A stretch of 64,000 bases of DNA from Alphaproteobacteria bacterium. GTDB taxonomy: Bacteria; Pseudomonadota; Alphaproteobacteria; Rickettsiales; UBA998. Shown one piece after another: positions 36,681 through 47,608 of this stretch (position 1 is the first letter of the stretch; each line of letters starts with the position of its first letter). Under the pieces are notes generated by a model. The model searched no databases and was not told where the DNA came from. It worked only from the letters and a program-made list of their open reading frames with translations. The DNA lies in contig RDXO01000014.1 of assembly GCA_004292675.1 (NCBI GenBank), positions 34,313-98,312 of the forward strand, given 5' to 3'. The translations under genes were made by a program, and so were the position numbers.

Positions 36681-38004
36681 ATCGCATCCGCCATGCACGG
36701 GCGCAAATGATCATAAACCATAAGCCACCAAGAATGGCAAGCCCACCACCAGTGCTTTGAATGCGTAGGAATAATTCCGCTTGGTTCATGGCTTCACTGA
36801 CGGCGTGCGGTGATTTACGCTGCACGCCATAACCACCTGATAAAAATAATCCCATAATATGCATGATTTGCCCTATTAGCAATAATCCCATTTGCCACGT
36901 AATGGAGCGATGCAGACGGTGAATGGCTGCTCCGTGTGATGCAAGCACATAATAGCTTGCCCCCATCATCGCAACGGTTACACCAACCAATGATCCATGA
37001 TAATGTGCAGGGATTTGTACGGTAATGCCACGAATCATCACAGCAAAGATGCCGCCTAGCCCAAATAGGAGTAGGGAACACCACAAAGTCACCCCATAAG
37101 GGGAACGTAGCGATGGCGCAAAGCGATGCTTGCCACGCGCTGCATCATAAATAAATTGCGCCACGCACACAATGGGAGGAATACCGCATATCCACCCCAT
37201 CATCCGAGTGAAGGCGGTGCGAAACTCACCGCTACTCACCTCATAGAACGCATAAGGCAGTGGCGTGAGGGCGAGGGCAATGAGGGCTACCCAAAAATAA
37301 CGCTGGTACGGGGTAAAAGAAAAGCCTTCGACGCTTGCCTTTGCTAGAAGCAGCCAGCATAACATCATCGCTTGCACCCAAAGAAATTGCAGCACATGCC
37401 CACCGCCCCAAAAAACCATCTCATAATAGAGTTCACCCGTCATGCCTTCATCACGCAAAGCAAATGCGCTTGCACTAAAGCACGCACATGCAGCCATCAA
37501 GAGGGCGTGGCTGCTACGATTCACCGTGCGCACGATAGGGCATAAGGCAGGTTGCCCAAGTGTGGTAAAGAAATAATAGCTTGATTGCAGCAAGCACAAA
37601 GCAAGCATCGCACCAAGTGCAATGAAAAATAGCGGATGTTCGAGGGTGGGGATATAATTATTCAAATGGGGCAGGGCAGTGCTATCAAGGCTTGCAAGCG
37701 TCATGCATACCATAGATAGGATCATCAATAGCCGTGATCCGCCATCCCACCATGGTACGCGCTGCTTATGTGGGTGCGTATCATGCGAGGAAAACATGAA
37801 CATAATGCACAAAAACCATACGCTGATCGATAGATTGACATGCGCAATGAGGCTACGACGAAATAAAGTCGCAAAAAGTTCAATCGATTTCACCGATGGA
37901 TGCCACGCCACCGCTACAATAATGGAAAAAATGCCCGAAAGTGCGAGTGCTGCAAGCCCAACAAAGAGCCAAGGAAGTTGGAAACGTGTCGAAGATGTGA
38001 TCAT
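36667..38004 (-). CDS. Stand-alone polytopic membrane protein with heme-copper-oxidase subunit I-like motifs
   Basis: 445 aa with about 12 TM segments. VFWGGGHVLQF resembles HCO helix VI and PAHYHGSLVG resembles helix X HxH. There is no helix-VII HH pair. The last 4 codons and the stop lie inside repeat D1. Confidence 0.5.
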   Translation of the reverse strand: MITSSTRFQLPWLFVGLAALALSGIFSIIVAVAWHPSVKSIELFATLFRRSLIAHVNLSISVWFLCIMFMFSSHDTHPHKQRVPWWDGGSRLLMILSMVCMTLASLDSTALPHLNNYIPTLEHPLFFIALGAMLALCLLQSSYYFFTTLGQPALCPIVRTVNRSSHALLMAACACFSASAFALRDEGMTGELYYEMVFWGGGHVLQFLWVQAMMLCWLLLAKASVEGFSFTPYQRYFWVALIALALTPLPYAFYEVSSGEFRTAFTRMMGWICGIPPIVCVAQFIYDAARGKHRFAPSLRSPYGVTLWCSLLLFGLGGIFAVMIRGITVQIPAHYHGSLVGVTVAMMGASYYVLASHGAAIHRLHRSITWQMGLLLIGQIMHIMGLFLSGGYGVQRKSPHAVSEAMNQAELFLRIQSTGGGLAILGGLWFMIICARAWRMRSRLC

Positions 38005-38083
38005 GGGATGTAGCTAACGCACAACCGCCTAGAATGCAAGCAATTTGCTGTACATTCGAGCAAAAACATCGTATAAAAATCTG

Positions 38084-39106
38084 ATGATGGATACGGATAC
38101 CTTACCGAAATGGATGCAGCGTTGGCTTTATGGTGCTGCTGTGTTGGTGTTGATGATGGTCTGCATTGGCGGGCTAACGCGCTTGAGTGAATCGGGGCTA
38201 TCCATTGTGCAGTGGAAGCTGGTTACGGGAACATTGCCGCCGCTTTCTCATGCCGCATGGATGCAAGAATTTCACGATTATCAAGCCACACCCGAATTCC
38301 TGAAAAAGAATTTTTCTATGAATCTTGCGGAGTTTAAGCAAATTTTCTGGTTGGAATATTTGCATCGCTTGCTGGGGCGTATCATTGGATTATGGTTTGT
38401 CGTGCCGACATTCTATGTGCTGCTACGCACTCATGCCACGCCAGTAATCAAAAAACGCATGGTGCTGATGAGTGCTTTGGTATGTATGCAAGGTGCTATC
38501 GGTTGGTATATGGTGCGTAGTGGATTGGTGGATGTGCCGTGGGTGAGTCCGTACCGTTTGGCGTTGCATCTTTCTATGGCAGCATTGCTCTGGTGCGTGG
38601 TGATTCGTACCCTGCTTGTCTCGCATAGTTCGCATAAAGGATGGGGGGTGTTTGCCATGATGTGGGGGCAATTAGTGCTTGGAGCATTAGTGGCAGGGCT
38701 TGATGCGGGGTATACTTATAATAGCTTTCCTCTGATGGATGGGCAGTGGATGCCGCCGCATATGATGATGCTGCACCCATGGTATCGTAACTTTTTTGAG
38801 CATATTCCTATGGTGCAATTTCTGCATCGCTGGTGGGCGTTTGTGGTGCTTGCGGGGGTGTTCCATCAGTGGTTGCGCGATCCCCATAGCCGATCAGCAC
38901 GCATTGTGTTGGCGGTGCTGCTGGTGCAAGTGATCCTTGGTATTGCAACTTTGTTGAGTGTGGTGCATATTGCGCTTGCAAGTGTGCATCAAATTATGGC
39001 ATTTATTCTGCTTGCGGTACAGTTAAGGCACATCTATCAGCCTGTGCAGACGAATATCCCGCATTCTAACCACAATAACCTCACTGCTAAGCCTCATTTT
39101 GTGTAG
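38084..39106 (+). CDS. ctaA: Heme A synthase (COX15/CtaA)
   Basis: Start at ATG 38084. It has [25 protein letters not shown] and conserved His residues in TM segments, and is about 340 aa. Confidence 0.85.
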   Translation: MMDTDTLPKWMQRWLYGAAVLVLMMVCIGGLTRLSESGLSIVQWKLVTGTLPPLSHAAWMQEFHDYQATPEFLKKNFSMNLAEFKQIFWLEYLHRLLGRIIGLWFVVPTFYVLLRTHATPVIKKRMVLMSALVCMQGAIGWYMVRSGLVDVPWVSPYRLALHLSMAALLWCVVIRTLLVSHSSHKGWGVFAMMWGQLVLGALVAGLDAGYTYNSFPLMDGQWMPPHMMMLHPWYRNFFEHIPMVQFLHRWWAFVVLAGVFHQWLRDPHSRSARIVLAVLLVQVILGIATLLSVVHIALASVHQIMAFILLAVQLRHIYQPVQTNIPHSNHNNLTAKPHFV

Positions 39107-39116
39107 TATATCCATT

Positions 39117-40379
39117 ATGAATATCAAAACCGCTTCTCGACCTATAGAATCTCTGGATGACACGCATCTTCATTATGATGCCATGTTTGCGGAGGCGATT
39201 GCCACCCTCAAGCGTGAAGGGAGGTATCGTGAGTTTCATCATCTGCAACGTCAGGTGGGGGATTTCCCCAATGCCTATAGCCATAGTACGCGCAAACAGA
39301 TTACTATTTGGTGCAGCAATGATTATCTTGGTATGGGGCAGCATCCAATCGTGCGCAACGCCATGCACAAAGCGATTGATACGATGGGAGCAGGGGCAGG
39401 GGGAACGCGCAATATTTCAGGCACGCACCATGCGATTATGCAACTGGAAGACACATTGGCGCAGTTGCATCAAAAAGAGGCTGCTTTAGTGTTTTCATCA
39501 GGCTATGTTGCCAATGAAGCGACATTGTCAACGCTTGGTAATGTGTTGAAAGAGTGTATTATTTTCTCTGATGCCTGCAATCATGCTTCAATGATTCAGG
39601 GGATTAAACATAGCAAAGCAACCAAGAAGGTGTTTCGTCATAATGATCTGGCGCATTTGCGGAGTTTGTTAGAAGAATCACCGAAAGATGTTCCTAAAAT
39701 CATCGCGTTTGAATCAGTATATTCAATGGATGGGGATATTGGATGCATTAAAGAAATCCTTGATCTTGCGCAAGAATTTGGCGCACTCACTTATCTTGAT
39801 GAAGTCCATGCGGTGGGGCTGTATGGTGCGCATGGGGCAGGGGTTGCACAGCGTGATGGGCAGATGCATCGTGTCGATATTATCCAAGGAACATTGGGTA
39901 AAGCCTATGGTGTGATGGGAGGCTATATTGCTGCATCCCATGCCTGTGTGGATATGATCCGTAGCTATGCATCGGGCTTTATCTTCACCACCACCATGAC
40001 CCCTGCCATGGCAGCAGGAGCAGAAGCAAGTGTACGTTATCTGATGCAGCACCCTGAATTACGCACAGCTCATCAACAAGCAGCGCACGCCTTGAAGCAA
40101 CGTTTTGCTGATGCGGGCATTCCCTATCTAAACACGCCAACCCATATTGTGCCTGTGATGGTGCATGACCCTGTGAAGTGCAAACGTGCATCTGATCTGT
40201 TGCGTGATGAGCATGGCATCTATGTGCAGCCGATTAATTATCCGACTGTGCCTCGTGGCACGGAGCGTTTACGCTTTACGCCAACTCCGATGCATACAGA
40301 AGCGATGATGGATGAATTAGTCGATGCTTTGGTGGATGTGTTTCAACTTTGTGATATAGCGCGAACGCATCATGCTTAG
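39117..40379 (+). CDS. hemA: 5-aminolevulinate synthase
   Basis: Start at ATG 39117. It has [22 protein letters not shown] and [13 protein letters not shown] (PLP lysine). Confidence 0.95.
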   Translation: MNIKTASRPIESLDDTHLHYDAMFAEAIATLKREGRYREFHHLQRQVGDFPNAYSHSTRKQITIWCSNDYLGMGQHPIVRNAMHKAIDTMGAGAGGTRNISGTHHAIMQLEDTLAQLHQKEAALVFSSGYVANEATLSTLGNVLKECIIFSDACNHASMIQGIKHSKATKKVFRHNDLAHLRSLLEESPKDVPKIIAFESVYSMDGDIGCIKEILDLAQEFGALTYLDEVHAVGLYGAHGAGVAQRDGQMHRVDIIQGTLGKAYGVMGGYIAASHACVDMIRSYASGFIFTTTMTPAMAAGAEASVRYLMQHPELRTAHQQAAHALKQRFADAGIPYLNTPTHIVPVMVHDPVKCKRASDLLRDEHGIYVQPINYPTVPRGTERLRFTPTPMHTEAMMDELVDALVDVFQLCDIARTHHA

Positions 40380-41697
40380 TTATTTATCCTTTTGGCTGAG
40401 ACGTTTAGAGCAACATCCTTTGCCCAATATTGATCTGAAATTAGATCGAATGGTGCATTTTTTGGATGTTATGGGTGCGCCACATCGCAACATTCCTCCT
40501 GCGATCCATATTGCAGGAACAAATGGTAAAGGATCAACCACGGCGTTTCTTTATGCGATGCTTGGGGCATTGGGCTTGAAAGTGCATCGTTATACTTCAC
40601 CGCATTTGGTGCGGTTCAATGAACGCATTGTACTTGCAGGGGAGCAAGCGACTGATATGCAGTTGGTGCAAGGTTTAGAGCAGATGGACGGAGCATTGCG
40701 TGATTGCCCTTTGACCTATTTTGAGAGTACCACAGCACTTGCCTTTCATCTTTTTGCGCAATATGCAGCGGATGTGACCTTGCTGGAAGTAGGCATGGGA
40801 GGTAGGCTTGATGCAACGAACGTCCTTGAGAAGCCTTTATGCACGGTGATTACCCCCGTTTCTTATGATCATCAAGAGTTTTTAGGCACAACGCTTTATG
40901 AGATTGCAGGGGAAAAGGCTGCCATTATGAAGCCCCACACCCCATGCGTTGTGGGAGCGCAACATGCGGATGCAGCGCAACATATTGAGGAACAAGCGCG
41001 ACGCTGTGAAGGTGTGCGGTTGCACCGCTTAGGGCATGAGTGGGACTATCGCGCAACATCTTCGGGTGGTATCTATTATGAATCTGCCACTATGTCCCGC
41101 GAATTTCCTCCTCCCGCATTGCTGGGGGCGCATCAAATGCATAATGCATCCCTCGCGCTTGCGGTGATGGATGTGTTAAGCACGACAACGCACCCTGCAT
41201 GGTGCAATTATGCTGCGTGGGATGCGGGCATGAGTTCTGCCTCATGGGCTGCACGCTTGCAGCGTTTGGATGCAACGGCGGTGCATAGCCTGTACGGCGT
41301 GGATGTGCCTGTCTATTTAGATGGTGGGCATAATCCTGATTCTGCAATGCAGATTGCTAAGTGGATTACCCAGCAAGGCATACGCCCCCATCTGATTCTT
41401 GGAATGCATCGTGATAAGGATGTGAAGCAGGTGCTGGAGATTCTCGCGCCACACTGCGCTCATATTGCCACCCTGACCATTCCCGATGACCCAAAGGCGT
41501 ATGATGCAAATGCCTTGGCAGAGTATGCGCGACATTATCATAACAGTGTTCGTTCATGCGCACGTCTAAATGAGGCAATGGAAGCATCAAAGATGACAGA
41601 GTCGCAAAATTCACCTATACTTATCTATGGATCGTTATATTTAGCGGGATATGTTCTAGGTTCTATTGATTTTTCTACTGCTACTTGCTGCAAATGA
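40372..41697 (+). CDS. folC: Bifunctional folylpolyglutamate synthase / dihydrofolate synthase
   Basis: 441 aa with the [11 protein letters not shown] Mur-ligase P-loop. It overlaps hemA by 8 nt. The last 13 codons and the stop lie inside repeat D2. Confidence 0.9.
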   Translation: MLSYLSFWLRRLEQHPLPNIDLKLDRMVHFLDVMGAPHRNIPPAIHIAGTNGKGSTTAFLYAMLGALGLKVHRYTSPHLVRFNERIVLAGEQATDMQLVQGLEQMDGALRDCPLTYFESTTALAFHLFAQYAADVTLLEVGMGGRLDATNVLEKPLCTVITPVSYDHQEFLGTTLYEIAGEKAAIMKPHTPCVVGAQHADAAQHIEEQARRCEGVRLHRLGHEWDYRATSSGGIYYESATMSREFPPPALLGAHQMHNASLALAVMDVLSTTTHPAWCNYAAWDAGMSSASWAARLQRLDATAVHSLYGVDVPVYLDGGHNPDSAMQIAKWITQQGIRPHLILGMHRDKDVKQVLEILAPHCAHIATLTIPDDPKAYDANALAEYARHYHNSVRSCARLNEAMEASKMTESQNSPILIYGSLYLAGYVLGSIDFSTATCCK

Positions 41698-41805
41698 CGT
41701 TTTGCTACGCTTCCGCTACTCATGTACTTCTATGTACATTCCGTTGCGGTTCTCGCAAATCCGCCATTTTCGCTAGCGCATCAGCGAAAACTCAACAGAA
41801 CCTAG
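41657..41805. mobile_element. Family D MITE-like element, copy D2
   Basis: The TIRs are ctaggttctattg and caacagaacctag. It has the same orientation as D1. It encodes the last 13 codons ([13 protein letters not shown]) and the stop of folC. Confidence 0.8.
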
Positions 41806-41872
41806 GTTCTTTAGCGAACAAGCAATAGAACCGAGGTGCATGAGAACCGATCACATAGGAGAAGGATACACT

Positions 41873-42322
41873 ATGGCACATGAAGGATATGCGAAGCGCA
41901 TAGGGGAGCGCTTGCAGCATTATTGGGAATCGTCCCGTGGTGATCGCACTATGCCCTTTGAATCGGATATTGATACATCGCAACTAGAAGATGTGTGGGA
42001 TGCATGTTTTTTGATTCGTGTTGATGAGGGGAACGCACCACGCTATGTTTATATGGGAACACAGTTAGTTGAAGCCTATGGTGATGATATACAAGCGCGT
42101 GATGTGTGTGAACGCTTGGCATATCCTGCAAGTACCACGATGTTGCATCGTATCGATGAGGTGATTAGCTCGAAGGCAATCCAATATCAAGAAGGTGAAT
42201 TTATCAATGCGAGCGGGTTGCGTGTGTGCCATCGTTCGATTTTATTGCCGATGGCAACAGAGCATAAGCCCGAGGATGTGGCATTTATTTTAGGAGGAAT
42301 GCGATGGAAATATTACCTATAA
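41873..42322 (+). CDS. Small PAS-like domain protein (alphaproteobacterial PAS-fold family)
   Basis: 149 aa from ATG 41873, which has a GGAGAAGGA RBS. The sequence WDACFLIRVDEG..YVYMGTQLVEAYGDD resembles the small stand-alone PAS-fold proteins of alphaproteobacteria. Confidence 0.55.
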   Translation: MAHEGYAKRIGERLQHYWESSRGDRTMPFESDIDTSQLEDVWDACFLIRVDEGNAPRYVYMGTQLVEAYGDDIQARDVCERLAYPASTTMLHRIDEVISSKAIQYQEGEFINASGLRVCHRSILLPMATEHKPEDVAFILGGMRWKYYL

Positions 42323-42828
42323 ATCCTGATGAAGTATTAAAACCACGCCCCGTACATCCCTTTGGTGCGGTGGATGTGAAAAAACGTATTTTGCCAGAAT
42401 CAGCGCATACAACCTATCGTGTGCAGTTTGAAGATGGCACGCATCGTGATGTGCAAGCAGACCATGCCCGTGAAGCCTATCAGATGATCCAACAAGAACA
42501 CAGTGCCACACCGATCAAACGTATCTTTCATTTACGTTATCTGACGGAGGATGTCATACCGCCTGTGCGCACGCAACTCACAGCCCAAGAGGTGCGCGTG
42601 GAGATTGAGCCAAAAATTCAGTCTAAGGGAGGGCATATAATGGTTGAGATTCCCCCAAAGCCAATGCATAGCTTTGATGTGATGGAATATGAGGATCTTG
42701 CCCAAATCTATGCTGAGGAGCGTTTGGTATTGGCAACGCACGCGGAAGAACAAAAAGCTCTTGGCTATCAAGAAGAAGTGACGGATGCACCCATATCAAT
42801 CGATGAGGAAGTAAAACAGGATGAGTAA
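42304..42828 (+). CDS. Hypothetical protein (acidic C-terminus)
   Basis: 174 aa. AGGAGG at 42292-42297 lies 6 nt before the ATG. It overlaps the upstream gene by 19 nt and the downstream gene by 8 nt. Confidence 0.5.
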   Translation: MEILPINPDEVLKPRPVHPFGAVDVKKRILPESAHTTYRVQFEDGTHRDVQADHAREAYQMIQQEHSATPIKRIFHLRYLTEDVIPPVRTQLTAQEVRVEIEPKIQSKGGHIMVEIPPKPMHSFDVMEYEDLAQIYAEERLVLATHAEEQKALGYQEEVTDAPISIDEEVKQDE

Positions 42829-43864
42829 AAAATTACCCTCGAAGCGCATTAACCTTGCTTTGCAAGGAGGTGGTGCGCATGGTGCATTCACATGGGGCGT
42901 ATTGGATTATATCCTAGAAGATGGACGGCTTGATATTGATGGGCTTTCTGCCACCAGTGCAGGGGCGATGAATGCCTGCGTCTATGCTTACGGGATGCAA
43001 TGCGGGGGAAAAGAATTGGCGCGAAAGAAGCTGCATGATTTTTGGCACGATCTTTCCTGTTCAAGTCAATCGATGTTTGGTATTCCCGAAACACCGATTG
43101 ATGCTTTTTTAGGGCAGTTCCAACCTATTGAAACGCCCATAGGTTTTTATCTGTTTGAAAGTTTCACGCGAGTCTTTTCTCCCTATCAGTTCAATCCATT
43201 TAATATCAATCCGCTCAAAGATTTATTGTTGCGCCATGTGGATTTTAGCAATCTGCATCACTGCACGCATTCGGAGCTGTTTATCAGCGCAACCAATGTG
43301 AAGACCAACCGTATCAAAATTTTTCAGAATAAAGATGTGACAGCCGATGCAGTGATGGCATCTGCTTGCCTTCCCATGTTGTTTCAGGCGGTGGAAATTG
43401 ACGGCGAGTTTTATTGGGATGGTGGCTATATGGGCAATCCTGCATTGTTTCCGCTCTTTTATCATACCAATACTGATGATATGGTGGTGGTGCATATCAA
43501 CCCCATAGAACGCGATGAATTGCCAACTTCTCCTCATGATATTTTGAATCGCGTCAATGAGATCAGTTTTAATTCATCCTTGCTTCGTGAGTTCCGTGCT
43601 ATCGCCTTTATTGAGAAAATGCTGCAAGAAGATTGGATCAAGGAAGAGCATCGTCATAAAATCAGCCATCAGCAATTTTATATGCACTCTATTCGCGCCT
43701 GTGAAATTATGTCATCCTATAGTGTTGCGAGTAAATTTACGCCCAACTGGCATTTTTTACAGCATTTGCGGGATTTGGGTCGTGAAACGGCGCGGGAATG
43801 GCTTGCAGAACATTATGATGATATTGGGCATCGCTCTACGGTGAACCTACGGCGTGATTTTTAA
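42821..43864 (+). CDS. Patatin-like phospholipase
   Basis: 347 aa. It has the GGGAHGAFTWGVL oxyanion motif, the SATSAGAMNA serine motif and the WDGGYMGN catalytic Asp motif. Confidence 0.9.
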   Translation: MSKKLPSKRINLALQGGGAHGAFTWGVLDYILEDGRLDIDGLSATSAGAMNACVYAYGMQCGGKELARKKLHDFWHDLSCSSQSMFGIPETPIDAFLGQFQPIETPIGFYLFESFTRVFSPYQFNPFNINPLKDLLLRHVDFSNLHHCTHSELFISATNVKTNRIKIFQNKDVTADAVMASACLPMLFQAVEIDGEFYWDGGYMGNPALFPLFYHTNTDDMVVVHINPIERDELPTSPHDILNRVNEISFNSSLLREFRAIAFIEKMLQEDWIKEEHRHKISHQQFYMHSIRACEIMSSYSVASKFTPNWHFLQHLRDLGRETAREWLAEHYDDIGHRSTVNLRRDF

Positions 43865-44013
43865 TCATACGTGTTTTTATGATTGACGTAGCCGTGATAA
43901 TTATTTATGATAATTAACGAAAAAATATGTACATCTAGGCTTGCATCATCGTGCAAAATTGTGTACATAGTAATGCTGATGAGATGTACGATAATCACCC
44001 TGTGGAGAACATT

Positions 44014-45723
44014 ATGACCCTGAGTTTGCAACTGCCCATTCAAGAGCTAACCATGCGCCCGATCATTACGGTTGTTGGTGTGGGTGGCGCAGGTGGCAAC
44101 GCCGTGAATAACATGATTTCCGCCAATCTTGAAGGTGTGAAGTTCGTGGTTGCCAACACTGATGCACAAGCATTAGATAGCGCGCTTTCGGATCGTACTA
44201 TTCAATTAGGACGCGCCTTAACGCAAGGGCTTGGTGCGGGTGCAACCCCACAAATTGGTGAGCAAGCCGCCGAAGAAGCAGCCGAAGATATTTTTAACTC
44301 GATTGCAGGAAGTCATATGGTGTTCGTCACCGCTGGTATGGGGGGCGGTACGGGAACAGGTGCAGCACCCGTTGTGGCACGTATGGCACGCCAACAAGGC
44401 ATGTTGACCGTGGGTGTGGTGACGAAGCCGTTCCAATTTGAAGGTGCGCGCCGTATGAGCATCGCTGAACAAGGTATTGCGGAGCTACAAAAATATGTTG
44501 ATACGCTGATTATCATCCCGAATCAAAACCTATTCCGCCTTGCTAATGAAAAAACCACCTTTGCGGATGCGTTCCGTATGGCGGATGAAGTACTGCATTC
44601 TGGCGTGCGTGGCGTGACTGATTTGATGGTGAAGCCGGGGCTTGTTAATCTTGACTTCGCTGATATTCGTACCGTGATGCAAGAAATGGGCAAAGCGATG
44701 ATGGGAACAGGCGAAGCAACAGGTGATAAACGCGCATTGCAAGCGGCAGAAGCTGCAATCTCCAATCCATTGTTGGATGATGTATCCTTGAAAGGGGCGC
44801 GTGCAGCACTCATCAACATCACAGGCGGTAGTGATATGACGCTCTATGAAGTGGATGAAGCTGCCAACCGTATTCGTGATGAGGTTGACCCCGATGCGAA
44901 TATTATCTTTGGTTCTACATTCGATGAATCGATGCAAGGTACGATGCGCGTTTCTGTGGTTGCAACGGGTATTGACGGTGAAGCCGTGCGTCAAGAAATG
45001 GAAGCCCATGCGAATCGTGGCAAACCTTCCTCGCAAGCTCCAGCAGGTTCTAAAGCAACCTATAAACCTACCTCCGCTTATTATGTGGGGCGCAAACCTC
45101 AAGCGATGATGCATAATGCACCAACAACACCTGCAATGACACGTCGTGATGACCATGCGGATGATATGAATCCACCGATGATGCGTCAGGCTCGTCCTGC
45201 ACCATCAGCGTTTTCTGCTCCTTCAACGTCATCATCTGCATCGATGCGTCCGACGGAACAAAATGTTTTGCCAACTTCGGCGCAGCCCGTGCCGCAATCA
45301 TTTGAAGCGTCACAGGATCATGGACATCATCATCATGATCTTGATTCTTTTGCCGATGAAATTTACGATGCGCCACCAGCATTTGTAAGCCCAGCAACAC
45401 CACAGCAACCACCCGTACAGCGTCAATTTCAACAACCCAGACAAGCAGCACCACAGCATCACAATAATGATCATTATGCGGAACATGCGCCAAGCCAACA
45501 TGCAGGTTCTTCTTCACTTAACTTATTGAATCGTATTGCAGATGTTGGACGTTCTTTTAGTGGGCGTTCGCAGGAAAGTCAGGCAAAAGTGACAACGGGG
45601 CGTAATCATGATGCACGTCATCAAGGCTATGAACGCGAAGAATATCGTGATCAAGAAGAAGATAGCCATTATGAAATCCCTGCATTTTTGCGCCGTTCTG
45701 ATAAAAATAGTGATGCTTCATGA
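44014..45723 (+). CDS. ftsZ: Cell division protein FtsZ
   Basis: Start at ATG 44014 ([34 protein letters not shown]). It has the [10 protein letters not shown] tubulin signature, a long P/Q/S/H-rich linker and a C-terminal EIPAFLRR peptide. Confidence 0.97.
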   Translation: MTLSLQLPIQELTMRPIITVVGVGGAGGNAVNNMISANLEGVKFVVANTDAQALDSALSDRTIQLGRALTQGLGAGATPQIGEQAAEEAAEDIFNSIAGSHMVFVTAGMGGGTGTGAAPVVARMARQQGMLTVGVVTKPFQFEGARRMSIAEQGIAELQKYVDTLIIIPNQNLFRLANEKTTFADAFRMADEVLHSGVRGVTDLMVKPGLVNLDFADIRTVMQEMGKAMMGTGEATGDKRALQAAEAAISNPLLDDVSLKGARAALINITGGSDMTLYEVDEAANRIRDEVDPDANIIFGSTFDESMQGTMRVSVVATGIDGEAVRQEMEAHANRGKPSSQAPAGSKATYKPTSAYYVGRKPQAMMHNAPTTPAMTRRDDHADDMNPPMMRQARPAPSAFSAPSTSSSASMRPTEQNVLPTSAQPVPQSFEASQDHGHHHHDLDSFADEIYDAPPAFVSPATPQQPPVQRQFQQPRQAAPQHHNNDHYAEHAPSQHAGSSSLNLLNRIADVGRSFSGRSQESQAKVTTGRNHDARHQGYEREEYRDQEEDSHYEIPAFLRRSDKNSDAS

Positions 45724-47564
45724 ACCCAGAAGAAGCTCAGGCTTCGTTTGAAAAAATCCTAAGTGCCACCGCACGATCCATGATTGGCGTGGATGCGAAG
45801 CGCGATTTTTCGCTGCAAGGAAGCGTCCCGCCATCCTTATTAAGCCATCAAGCGCACGCCTTGCTTGGATCGAATCATGAGATGGTACGCGGTTTATGTG
45901 ATCGCATTGCGGTTGCAGGAAAATATCATCACCCCCTCACACATCATTCTTACGCCCCTGCGGATTCCATCGCACGTGCGGTATATGATGCCTTGGAAAT
46001 CGTTCGCGTGGAATATCTTGGGGGGCGTTATCTTTTAGGTGCGATGCGTAATATGCAGCAACAATGGTTGCATCATTGCGCTTCTTATGTACCGCATTAT
46101 CTTGAGGCATCCCCCCAGCAACCACTCATGCAGCAAGGGCAAATCCCCGTGGCGGAAATGGTGCGCGCTTTGTGGCTTGAGCATATCTATCCTGAAATAC
46201 CTATAGAACCATCATTACAACCATGGCTTAAAAAGTGGCGTGAACCATTAATGCGGGTGATGCAGCCCTATTTTACAGCACTGCGTGATGCCATGGAGAA
46301 TCCTAAGATTTTTGCGCAAGAAGCCGCTCGATTAGTGCAGCGGTTGAGTACTCTCGATGGTGCAGGAGAGGGTGGAGCGCATGAGCAAAATGATGGAACT
46401 ACTCAGAACGCACAACAGGGAGCTGCACAGAACGAAGCAGCATCTTCGCAACCTTCTGAAGCTCCGCCAGAGGCAGCAGAAGCATCATTAGACGATGATG
46501 GGGAAGAATCCTTGTTCGGGCGTGCCTCATCTACGGAGTCTGACGCTGGTGCGGATGGAGCGGCAGAAGCACAGATGCCGAGTGATGTGGCAGGTGAACA
46601 GCCCTATGCATCTTCCCCAATCGTGCCAACCTCATGGACGGCACAGCAGGAATATGCCATTTTTTCTACCCAACATGATGAGATTATTCGCGCCGAGCAT
46701 TTGGCATCACCAGAAGAATTGATACGCTTGCGTGCCGAATTGGATAAAAAACTTGCACAGGTGCAAGGCACATTTGCACGGTTGGCAGCGCGCCTGCAAC
46801 GGGTGTTGATGGCACGGCAGATACGCCATTGGACGTTCGATGAAGATGATGGCTTGATTGATAGTTCGCGCCTCGCACAATTAATTTGCAATCCGCTGCA
46901 TCGTCATATTTATAAGCGTGAACATGATGATGCGTCGAAGGATACTATTGTTACCTTGTTGCTGGATAATTCTGGATCGATGCGTGGTCGCCCCATTACG
47001 ATTGCAGCACTATCCTCCGATATTTTGGTGCGCGTTTTGGAGCGTGCGGGCATAAAAGTCGAGATTTTAGGGTTCACCACCAAAGAATGGAAGGGAGGCG
47101 CGCATTATAAAGCATGGGTTGCAGCGGGAAAACCCGCCCATCCCGGACGACTTAATGATCTCCGTCATATAATTTATAAATCCGCCGATATGCCATGGCG
47201 ACGGGCGCGTAGCCATTTAGGATTAATGCTCAAAGAGGGTGTGTTAAAAGAGAATATCGATGGTGAAGCCTTGGTTTGGGCGTATCAACGATTACGCGCA
47301 CGGCATGAAGAGCGCAAAATCCTGATGGTCATTTCCGATGGTGCGCCCGTTGATGATGCAACGCTTTCTGCCAATCACCCCGCTTATTTAGATAAGCATA
47401 TACGTTCCGTGATTCAGCACATCCAAGATGAAGGCGCGATTGAATTGGTTGCCATAGGCATTGGTCACGATGTCACACGCTATTATGATCGCTCCCTATG
47501 CATCAAGGATGTTGCTAAATTAGGAGAAACGATGACGAACGAACTCGTATCTTTGTTTTCTTAG
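45720..47564 (+). CDS. cobT: CobT-like vWA-domain protein (cobaltochelatase CobT family)
   Basis: 614 aa with an acidic central region and a C-terminal vWA domain with an [15 protein letters not shown]-type motif. Its ATG overlaps the ftsZ TGA (ATGA at 45720-45723). Confidence 0.8.
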   Translation: MNPEEAQASFEKILSATARSMIGVDAKRDFSLQGSVPPSLLSHQAHALLGSNHEMVRGLCDRIAVAGKYHHPLTHHSYAPADSIARAVYDALEIVRVEYLGGRYLLGAMRNMQQQWLHHCASYVPHYLEASPQQPLMQQGQIPVAEMVRALWLEHIYPEIPIEPSLQPWLKKWREPLMRVMQPYFTALRDAMENPKIFAQEAARLVQRLSTLDGAGEGGAHEQNDGTTQNAQQGAAQNEAASSQPSEAPPEAAEASLDDDGEESLFGRASSTESDAGADGAAEAQMPSDVAGEQPYASSPIVPTSWTAQQEYAIFSTQHDEIIRAEHLASPEELIRLRAELDKKLAQVQGTFARLAARLQRVLMARQIRHWTFDEDDGLIDSSRLAQLICNPLHRHIYKREHDDASKDTIVTLLLDNSGSMRGRPITIAALSSDILVRVLERAGIKVEILGFTTKEWKGGAHYKAWVAAGKPAHPGRLNDLRHIIYKSADMPWRRARSHLGLMLKEGVLKENIDGEALVWAYQRLRARHEERKILMVISDGAPVDDATLSANHPAYLDKHIRSVIQHIQDEGAIELVAIGIGHDVTRYYDRSLCIKDVAKLGETMTNELVSLFS

Positions 47565-47608
47565 AATCTGCCACGAACCTTTTTTCAAAGAACGCCCGTC
47601 ATGAATAT

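Noticed and set aside
42821-43864. The patatin gene as a CBASS CapV-type effector.
   Set aside because: No CD-NTase or cyclase, and no ubiquitin-like accessory genes, are nearby. The upstream genes are a PAS-like protein and an orphan. I kept it as a separate, different hypothesis in the findings.
45720-47564. cobT as evidence of cobalamin biosynthesis in this region.
   Set aside because: It is a single CobT-like vWA gene without cobS/cobN or any corrin-pathway gene in the window. CobT/CobS homologues are known in bacteria lacking the pathway.
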